Shown: one piece after another, positions 55,047 to 64,000 of the stretch
Layout: each line of letters starts with the position of its first letter
How positions within the stretch are numbered: the stretch's first letter is position 1
Notes under the pieces: model-generated
Databases searched by the model: none
What the model was told of the DNA's origin: nothing
The model's input: only the letters and a program-made list of their open reading frames with translations
Assembly: GCA_045587445.1 (NCBI GenBank)
Contig: JAZNCH010000002.1
Location: 35,506-99,505 of the forward strand
DNA length: 64,000 bases
Reading direction: 5' to 3'
Source: Eubacteriales bacterium
Lineage (GTDB): Bacteria; Bacillota; Clostridia; Oscillospirales; CAG-272
Program-made: the position numbers and the translations under genes

Positions 55047-56126
55047 ATGGTTTGTAAGAAAATAAGGTTCAAAGATTTCAGAAATATAGAAGAAGCAGAG
55101 ATAGAGTTTTGCGACGGAGTTAATATTTTTTACGGAAATAACGCCGAGGGAAAGACAAACGCACTCGAGGGCATATATCTTTTTGCACACGGAAAATCTT
55201 TCCGCACCTCGTCTGATAAAGATTTAATCAATTTTTTAAAAGACGTAAGCTTTTGTAAGATAGATTTTGAAGATTCCGTAAGATTTCACGATATGGAGAT
55301 AAAGCTTGTCAGAGGAAACCGAAAGATATGCTTTAGAAATGGCGTTAACATAAAAAAGATGTCCGACTTCGTTGGATATTTCAGAGCAGTTTTGTTTTGT
55401 CCCGAGCATTTATCGGTTATAAAAGACGGCCCGTCGGAGAGAAGAGCTTTCCTTGACGGAGCGATATGTCAACTGAAGCCGATATATCTGTCCTCGCTTC
55501 AAAAATATAACAATATTCTCAATCAAAGAAACACTCTCATAAAAAATTATGAAGAGGACAAGGATTCATTTAACCGTACGATAGAATTATGGTCGATGTA
55601 TCTTGCCCACGAGGCAGCTCTTATTTCAAGAGAGAGATATGAATACGTAAAACAACTGAACCAACACGTAAACGAATTTTTCAACGATATGACTGTCGGA
55701 AAAGAAAAGACGTTTATGGAATATACAAAGGTTTTAAGTGAAGAAGAATATTATACTAAGCTTACCCAAAATCTTGAAAAGGAAATTCAGGCAGGTACTA
55801 CTCTTTACGGTATTCATAAAGACGATATTGATATATATCTTAACGACAGAGAGGCAAGAAGCTTTTGTTCGCAGGGACAGCAGAGATGTATTGCACTTGC
55901 GATGAAGCTTGGCGAGGGAGAAATATCAAGACAGATTACGGGCGAATATCCGGTATTTCTGTTTGACGATATTTTCAGTGAGCTTGATTCAAAAAGAAAA
56001 GAATACGTTACGAACGGTATAAAGAAATGTCAGGTTATTATAACGAGCTGTGAAAAGGACGGTCTTGAAAACGTTGCGGGTAATGTTATTGAAGTAAATC
56101 AAGGCAGATATTCGAGGATAAAATAA
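55047..56126 (+). CDS. recF: DNA replication/repair protein RecF
   Basis: Walker A GNNAEGKTNALE, signature SQGQQRCIALA and Walker B VFLFDDIFSELD are present. Confidence 0.9.
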   Translation: MVCKKIRFKDFRNIEEAEIEFCDGVNIFYGNNAEGKTNALEGIYLFAHGKSFRTSSDKDLINFLKDVSFCKIDFEDSVRFHDMEIKLVRGNRKICFRNGVNIKKMSDFVGYFRAVLFCPEHLSVIKDGPSERRAFLDGAICQLKPIYLSSLQKYNNILNQRNTLIKNYEEDKDSFNRTIELWSMYLAHEAALISRERYEYVKQLNQHVNEFFNDMTVGKEKTFMEYTKVLSEEEYYTKLTQNLEKEIQAGTTLYGIHKDDIDIYLNDREARSFCSQGQQRCIALAMKLGEGEISRQITGEYPVFLFDDIFSELDSKRKEYVTNGIKKCQVIITSCEKDGLENVAGNVIEVNQGRYSRIK

Positions 56127-56128
56127 AT

Positions 56129-56377
56129 ATGTATATACATCTTGGTAACAAAAAGAATATTCGAGAAAAAGATATTGTCGGAATTTTTGATATGGATAAC
56201 GCGACGATGGCAAAGGAAACGCGTAAATTTTTGAACAAGGCACAAAAAGACGGTAAGCTTATTACGACGGTTGATGAGATACCGAAGTCGATTATTCTTA
56301 CAAAGGACAACGTATATATGTCTCAATTAGCTCCTAAGTCGCTTTACGGAAGACTGACGGAGAAAGATATTAGATAA
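56129..56377 (+). CDS. remB: DUF370 protein (RemB/YaaB-like)
   Basis: 82 aa. It occupies the conserved recF-[DUF370]-gyrB position and contains IVGIFDMD...SIILT. Confidence 0.75.
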   Translation: MYIHLGNKKNIREKDIVGIFDMDNATMAKETRKFLNKAQKDGKLITTVDEIPKSIILTKDNVYMSQLAPKSLYGRLTEKDIR

Positions 56378-56423
56378 ATTGCAAAAACTTTTAAAAATTA
56401 GACAAATCAACCCATAATCAATC

Positions 56424-58439
<2,016 letters not shown>

Positions 58440-58453
58440 GAGAAAAAATATAT

Positions 58454-59377
58454 ATGAGAATTGCAACAGTTACTCTTAATCCTGCTATTGACAGGAATAT
58501 TATATATGAAAACAGTTTAGCTATTGGCGAACTAAACAGAGTTAATTCTGCCGTTGTAAACGCAGGCGGAAAGGGCATAAACGTTTCCCGAATGTTAAAA
58601 AAACTTAACGAAGATACCCACGTGTATGGCTTTAACGGTGGACGAACGGGAAAGATGTTAGAAGATATTCTTCGTGACGAGGGGATAAGGTGTGAATTTA
58701 CACCGACTCTTTGTGAAACGAGAATGAATATTAAGATAACAGACAAAGACAATAAGGAAACCGAGATAAACGAAAAGGGCGGACCGATAAGAGAAGAAGA
58801 ATATAAAAATCTTATGTCACTTTTATTGGAATCGACGGCAGATATATTTATAATCGGCGGAAGCACTCCCTTTGGACTTGAAAGTGATACGGTAAGAAAG
58901 ATAACGGCAGCTTTAAAGCTTCGGGGAAAGACGGTTATAACCGATATTTCGGGAAGCTCTTTAGTTGAAGCGGTAAAGGAAAGACCGTATCTAATAAAGC
59001 CTAACAGAGAAGAGTTCAGTCAGCTTTTGGGATATACTCCCGAGGAAGATAAATACGTTGAAGAAGCTATAGGCTTTTACAATAGGACAGGTATAGAAAT
59101 AATACTAACCCTCGGAAAAAAAGGCGCTGTATATTCGGGCCGTGCGGGTAATTACCGTATAATCAATCCCGAGGTTAAGGCAAAGGGCTTTTCGGGTGCG
59201 GGAGATACGTTTCTTGCATCTTACGTATATGCAGTTTGCAATGATATGGAGATAAGACAAGCATTGGCATTTGCATCTGCGGCAAGTTTGTCAAAGGTTG
59301 AGCTTGAGGGAACTAATTTACCCGACAAGGCGACTGTAGAAAGCAATATCCCCCGTGTTAAAGTTTTTGAAATATAA
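58454..59377 (+). CDS. PfkB-family 1-phosphofructokinase-like kinase
   Basis: 307 aa. The N-terminus IATVTLNPAIDRN is typical of FruK/LacC, followed by NAGGKGINVS and GAGDTFLA. Confidence 0.8.
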   Translation: MRIATVTLNPAIDRNIIYENSLAIGELNRVNSAVVNAGGKGINVSRMLKKLNEDTHVYGFNGGRTGKMLEDILRDEGIRCEFTPTLCETRMNIKITDKDNKETEINEKGGPIREEEYKNLMSLLLESTADIFIIGGSTPFGLESDTVRKITAALKLRGKTVITDISGSSLVEAVKERPYLIKPNREEFSQLLGYTPEEDKYVEEAIGFYNRTGIEIILTLGKKGAVYSGRAGNYRIINPEVKAKGFSGAGDTFLASYVYAVCNDMEIRQALAFASAASLSKVELEGTNLPDKATVESNIPRVKVFEI

Positions 59378-59417
59378 ATTTAATTGTATAAATTAGAGAA
59401 AGCAAAAAAACGTATGC

Positions 59418-59724
59418 TTTTCTCTCCCTCCGTCTCGGCAGCAAAGAGAAATATATACGCTCATTTGTACACTGCCGAGCCACCTCCCCCGTCAGGTGGA
59501 GGTCTCAGCCAGAGCGAGGCGATTGTTATTTTTTTAGAAGACAATAGTTAATATGGTAACTATTTGAGGGATTAACGATTTGTACAGAAAAAACTCTATT
59601 AAATATTAATGAGTAAATTATATTTCAAGCGAAGCGTAGGTGTTCAAAATAAAACCTCCATCTGAGGAGGGAGGTGGCATTTTGACGGAGTGTAACGAAG
59701 ACAAAATGACGGAGGGAGAGAAAA
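59418..59724. repeat. about 307-bp long-range inverted repeat (two diverged inverted copies of a repeat, E4)
   Basis: The termini are TTTTCTCTCCCTCCGTC (59418-59434) and GACGGAGGGAGAGAAAA (59708-59724), a perfect 17-bp inverted repeat. An internal pair, gccacctcccccgtcaggtggaggt (59479-59503) and acctccatctgaggagggaggtggc (59654-59678), is also inverted. The centre is AT-rich. Confidence 0.85.
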
Positions 59725-59758
59725 ACAGGCAAGTTTATCAATTCCTCCTGTAAAAAAT

Positions 59759-60118
59759 ATGAAAACATATAACAAAAATAATATTTCTCTTGCAAAACAG
59801 TTACGAAAGAATCAAACAAAATGGGAAAATGATTTGTGGTATAAATTTTTAAGAAATTACCCAATACGTTTTCAAAGACAAAAAGTAATAGGTAATTATA
59901 TTGCAGATTTTTACTGTGCAAAAGCGAGACTTGTTATAGAACTTGACGGTTATTATCATACAACCGAAGCACAGTATAATGAAGATAAAGAGAGAACAGA
60001 AAATTTAAATAGAATGAATCTAACGGTGCTTAGATTTAAAAACAGCGATATAGAATTTGATTTTAAAAAAGTATGTAATCAAATTGATTCGATTGTAAGC
60101 AAACTTATTTTACAGTAA
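59759..60118 (+). CDS. DUF559 (Vsr-like) endonuclease-domain protein
   Basis: 119 aa. LRKNQTKWENDLWYKFLR...FQRQKVIGNYIADFYC...LVIELDG..H......D..R...L......VLRF matches the DUF559 pattern. The gene looks markedly more AT-rich than gyrB and gyrA by eye. Confidence 0.85.
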   Translation: MKTYNKNNISLAKQLRKNQTKWENDLWYKFLRNYPIRFQRQKVIGNYIADFYCAKARLVIELDGYYHTTEAQYNEDKERTENLNRMNLTVLRFKNSDIEFDFKKVCNQIDSIVSKLILQ

Positions 60119-60158
60119 ACAATAACATCTTATAAAAAAGAATCCGAAAGGTGAAAAA

Positions 60159-62630
60159 ATGGAAACTAACGAAAACTTGGAATTCGCTAATCAAAAAATA
60201 TTAGATGTAGGATTGTCAAAAGAGGTAAAGAAATCGTTTATTGACTATTCTATGAGCGTTATTATGTCCCGTGCGCTTCCCGACGTAAGAGACGGCTTGA
60301 AGCCTGTACACAGACGTATACTTTACGCTATGTACGAAGACCACCTTACACACGACAAGGACTTCAGAAAGTCTGCTACTACCGTTGGTAACGTGCTGGG
60401 TCGTTATCACCCTCACGGTGACGCTGCCGTATACGATACAATGGTAAGATTGGCGCAGACGTTCTCACTCCGTTATCCTCTTATTGAAGGACAGGGTAAC
60501 TTTGGTAACATAGACGGCGACGGCGCTGCTGCATACCGTTATACCGAAGCAAGAATGCACCGTATCGCCAATGAAATGATGAGCGATATTGAAAAAGACG
60601 TAGTTGACTTTATGCCCAACTTTGACAATAAGCTGAAGGAGCCTACCGTTCTTCCTGCGAGATTTCCCAATTTGTTGGTAAACGGTTCTATCGGTATTGC
60701 CGTCGGTATGGCTACGAATATTCCGCCTCATAACCTTAACGAAGTTATTGACGGAACTATTTTCCTTATGGAAAATCCCGATGCCGAGATAACACAGTTA
60801 ATGGAATTTATAAAGGGTCCCGACTTCCCGACGGGTGCTACGATATGCGGAACTACAGGTATTTATTCGGCATATACGACAGGTAAGGGCAGAATAATTG
60901 TAAGAGCGAAGACTGTAATCGAAGAAGAAAAGCACAGAATTATTATAACCGAGATTCCTTATCAGGTTAATAAGACGACACTTAAGGCGACACTTGCAGA
61001 GTGCGTTAAGGACAAGCGTGTAGAAGGTATCCGCGATATTCGCGACGAGTCTTCGGGCAGAACGGGTATTCGTATAGTTATCGACTGCCGTCAGGACGCA
61101 AACTGTCAGATAATACTTAATCAGCTTTATAAATATACTCAGTTACAGGATACCTGCGCTGTAAATATGTTGGCTCTGGTAAACAACATTCCGAGAGTGC
61201 TTAACTTAAAGGAAATGTTGAGCTACTATATCGAGCATCAAAAAGAGGTTATCGTAAGAAGAACCAAGTTTGAACTTGAAAAGGCACTCCACGAGGCTCA
61301 TATTAATGAGGGTTATAAGATAGCTACCGATAATATTGACGAGGTTATTCATATAATCAGAGCTTCGGCATCAATCCCCGACGCTAAGGCAAACCTTATG
61401 GAACGCTTTGGACTTTCGGAAATACAGGCACAGGCTATAGTTGAAATGACTCTCGGACGTCTTTCCGGTCTTGAAAGACAAAAGGTTGAGGACAGACTTG
61501 CAAAGCTTTATGCTATGATTGAAGAATTCAGAGCTATTCTTGCAGATGAAAATAAGGTTATTGAAATAGTTAAGAATGACTTAATTGAAATAAAAGAAAA
61601 ATACGGCGACGCAAGAAAGACACAGTGCGTTCCCTTGGAAGAAGAAATTGTACTTGAAGACTTGATTGAGAGACACAGATGTCTTATTACACTTTCACAT
61701 GCGGGATATATTAAGCGTCGTGCGGCTGATACTTATACTGCACAGAACAGAGGCGGTAAGGGTATAATCGGTATGACGACTAAGGAAGAAGACTTTGTTG
61801 AGATGGTGGTTTCTGCCGACAGCCACTCGAACTTAATGATGTTTACACAAAAGGGTAAGGTATTTACTAAGAAGGCATATCTTATTCCGGAGGCTGGCAG
61901 AACGGCAAAGGGTACAAATATTGCAAATATTCTTGAAATTGATAAAGACGATAAGATTACCGCAATGATAGATATGGAAAGCTTTGATATGGGCGGCTTC
62001 TTGACTATGGTAACAAGAAACGGTATAATCAAACGTACGCCTGTTGAAGAATATGCATATCAAAGAAAGGGCGGTAAGAAGGCAATTAATCTTGACGAGG
62101 GGGACGAGCTTGTATTCGTTGCTCATACGACGGGTGAAAACGAGGTAGTTGTTGCTACGAGAAACGGACTTGCTGTACGTTTTGAAGAAGAAAAGGCAAG
62201 AAGCGTAGGCAGAACTTCTCGTGGTGTTATTGCTATAAGACTTACAGACGGTGATGCTGTTGCAGGTGCGGCAATTGTTGACGATAGCAAGAAGCTGTTG
62301 TTTATAACAGAAAAAGGCTTTGGAAAGAAGACAGAGTTTGAAAACTTCCCGGCTCATAACAGAGGCGGTAAGGGTGTTATCTGTCATAAGGTTACCGAAA
62401 AGACAGGCAGAATTGCAAATATTGCTCCCGTTAGTGAAAATGAAGATATTATGCTTATTACAAACGACGGTACTATTATAAGAACACCGGTATCGGGTAT
62501 TTCCACATACGGCAGAACGGCTGCGGGTGTAATTGTAATGAGACTTTCGGAAAATGCGTCTATAGTAAGCTTTGCAAAGGTTCAGAAAGAAGAAGAGGAA
62601 GAAAATGAAGCTTCGGAATCTAACGAGTAA
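60159..62630 (+). CDS. gyrA: DNA gyrase subunit A
   Basis: 823 aa with the [18 protein letters not shown], active-site [10 protein letters not shown] and a C-terminal beta-pinwheel repeat region. Confidence 0.97.
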   Translation: METNENLEFANQKILDVGLSKEVKKSFIDYSMSVIMSRALPDVRDGLKPVHRRILYAMYEDHLTHDKDFRKSATTVGNVLGRYHPHGDAAVYDTMVRLAQTFSLRYPLIEGQGNFGNIDGDGAAAYRYTEARMHRIANEMMSDIEKDVVDFMPNFDNKLKEPTVLPARFPNLLVNGSIGIAVGMATNIPPHNLNEVIDGTIFLMENPDAEITQLMEFIKGPDFPTGATICGTTGIYSAYTTGKGRIIVRAKTVIEEEKHRIIITEIPYQVNKTTLKATLAECVKDKRVEGIRDIRDESSGRTGIRIVIDCRQDANCQIILNQLYKYTQLQDTCAVNMLALVNNIPRVLNLKEMLSYYIEHQKEVIVRRTKFELEKALHEAHINEGYKIATDNIDEVIHIIRASASIPDAKANLMERFGLSEIQAQAIVEMTLGRLSGLERQKVEDRLAKLYAMIEEFRAILADENKVIEIVKNDLIEIKEKYGDARKTQCVPLEEEIVLEDLIERHRCLITLSHAGYIKRRAADTYTAQNRGGKGIIGMTTKEEDFVEMVVSADSHSNLMMFTQKGKVFTKKAYLIPEAGRTAKGTNIANILEIDKDDKITAMIDMESFDMGGFLTMVTRNGIIKRTPVEEYAYQRKGGKKAINLDEGDELVFVAHTTGENEVVVATRNGLAVRFEEEKARSVGRTSRGVIAIRLTDGDAVAGAAIVDDSKKLLFITEKGFGKKTEFENFPAHNRGGKGVICHKVTEKTGRIANIAPVSENEDIMLITNDGTIIRTPVSGISTYGRTAAGVIVMRLSENASIVSFAKVQKEEEEENEASESNE

Positions 62631-63153
62631 GACTTTACTTTGCTTGTGTTTGGTGCTGAGTTTAGTAATGTGTTCTTGCAGCGGCGGAAATATGACCGAC
62701 GAATCCGTAAGGGCAGAGCTTGAAAGACTTTTACCCCTATCTTATGAAATGAACGAGATATTTTGGGGAAAGGGCTTAGCATTTAACGACGACGGCTCAA
62801 ACAACAGATTTATGACAGTAACTGAAGACTGCGAATACAAGACTATAGAAGAAATAATAACCAAGGCGTCAGAGGTTTTTTCAGAGGAGTATATCGCTAT
62901 TATAAGAGATGCGATATTTACGAACAGCGATGATATAGACCCGCGATATATAGACGTTGACGGAAAGCTTATGGCTGATAAGAATAATAAGGGCTTTAAC
63001 ATCAAGGGGAATATCAAGATAGACAGCGCGGTTATTAAGAAACAAAACAGAGGAATGGTTTTAATTTCCGCAGAATATGAAGACGGCGGAAAGACGGAAC
63101 TGACTTTGGTTTTGCAAGACGGAAAATGGTTTTTGAACAGTCCGACGTACTAA
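62605..63153 (+). CDS. putative lipoprotein/secreted protein
   Basis: ATG 62605 gives [28 protein letters not shown]..., a signal peptide with Cys residues. GAGGAAG precedes it. It overlaps the gyrA 3' end. Confidence 0.55.
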   Translation: MKLRNLTSKTLLCLCLVLSLVMCSCSGGNMTDESVRAELERLLPLSYEMNEIFWGKGLAFNDDGSNNRFMTVTEDCEYKTIEEIITKASEVFSEEYIAIIRDAIFTNSDDIDPRYIDVDGKLMADKNNKGFNIKGNIKIDSAVIKKQNRGMVLISAEYEDGGKTELTLVLQDGKWFLNSPTY

Positions 63154-63201
63154 AGAATTAGTTAACAATATGTGTTTTATATACCTTAGGAGGAAGACAA
63201 A

Positions 63202-64000
63202 ATGGGAATTTATGAAGAACTTCAAGCGAGAGGGCTTATTGCACAGGTAACAGATGAGCCCCAGATACGCGACCTTGTAAACAATGGCAAGGCAAAGTTC
63301 TATATAGGCTTTGACTGTACGGCAGACAGCTTGACAGCAGGACATTTTATGGCGCTTACACTTATGAAGCGTTTGCAGATGGCGGGAAATACACCGATAG
63401 CTCTTATCGGCGGCGGTACGACTATGATAGGCGACCCCTCGGGACGTACCGATATGAGAAAGATGCTTACAAAAGAGGACATTGACCACAATGCAGAATG
63501 CTTTAAGCGCCAGATGGAAAGATTTATTGAATTCGGCGAAGGCAAGGCTATGATGATAAACAACGCTGATTGGCTTCTCAAGCTAAATTACGTTGATATG
63601 CTCCGCGAGGTTGGTGCTTGCTTCTCTGTAAACAATATGCTCAGAGCAGAGTGTTATAAGCAAAGAATGGAAAAGGGACTTTCATTCCTTGAATTTAACT
63701 ATATGATAATGCAGTCCTATGACTTCTATTATCTATATAAGAATTATGATTGTAACTTACAGTTCGGCGGAGACGACCAGTGGTCCAATATGCTCGGCGG
63801 TACTGAGCTTATCAGACGTAAGCTTGGTAAAGATGCAAACGCTATGACCATTACGCTTCTTACAGACTCGCAGGGCAAGAAGATGGGTAAGACTGCAGGT
63901 AACGCCGTATGGCTCGATCCCAATAAGACTTCTCCTTTTGAATTTTATCAGTATTGGAGAAACGTTGGCGATGCTGACGTTATGAAGTGCATTAAGATGC
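63202..64000 (+). CDS. tyrS: tyrosyl-tRNA synthetase (3' end beyond window)
   Basis: It is absent from the ORF track because no stop falls in the window. GGAGGA precedes the ATG. My translation begins [19 protein letters not shown]...[14 protein letters not shown] (HIGH-like), followed by FGGDDQWSN and KKMGKT (KMSKS-like). Confidence 0.9.
   Translation, partial: MGIYEELQARGLIAQVTDEPQIRDLVNNGKAKFYIGFDCTADSLTAGHFMALTLMKRLQMAGNTPIALIGGGTTMIGDPSGRTDMRKMLTKEDIDHNAECFKRQMERFIEFGEGKAMMINNADWLLKLNYVDMLREVGACFSVNNMLRAECYKQRMEKGLSFLEFNYMIMQSYDFYYLYKNYDCNLQFGGDDQWSNMLGGTELIRRKLGKDANAMTITLLTDSQGKKMGKTAGNAVWLDPNKTSPFEFYQYWRNVGDADVMKCIKM

Noticed and set aside
63154-63201. An expected T-box leader upstream of tyrS.
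   Set aside because: The spacer is only 48 bp, too short for a T-box. tyrS is probably co-transcribed with the upstream lipoprotein gene or regulated differently.

Overview
This window is the chromosomal replication-origin region of a low-GC, spore-forming Firmicute, probably a Clostridia-type organism (spoIIE, spoVS and the rny-ymdB-spoVS triad are present). The right third (48.8-64 kb) is the canonical core: jag-yidC-yidD-rnpA-rpmH on the minus strand, then dnaA-dnaN-recF-remB-gyrB...gyrA-tyrS on the plus strand. oriC lies between dnaA and dnaN and shows a DnaA-box cluster, a DnaA-trio-like run and an AT-rich stretch. The left 45 kb holds housekeeping and metabolic genes (mnmG-rsmG-noc-soj-spo0J with two parS sites, rex, fba, ackA, rny, gnd, thiI, mnmE and others) mixed with small accessory inserts. 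I found no rRNA, tRNA, CRISPR array, transposase or integrase. Observations worth a second look: (1) several families of mosaic palindromic intergenic repeats fill most spacers between 30 and 60 kb, including oriC, and one family shows compensatory stem changes. (2) The origin-proximal block at 1-45.6 kb is mostly head-on to replication, and the conserved mnmE-mnmG adjacency is broken. (3) A close EndoA/MazF-type toxin homologue has no detectable antitoxin gene. (4) gyrB and gyrA are separated by a PfkB kinase, a roughly 300-bp long inverted repeat and an AT-rich DUF559 endonuclease gene. (5) An unannotated 32-codon hydrophobic ORF appears to lead the rny transcription unit. (6) A LarA-like, gnd and sugar-kinase cluster contains a decayed PHP gene. 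(7) A small XRE island carries twin palindromic operators. All calls rest on reading the sequence and on remembered family motifs. No database search was run.
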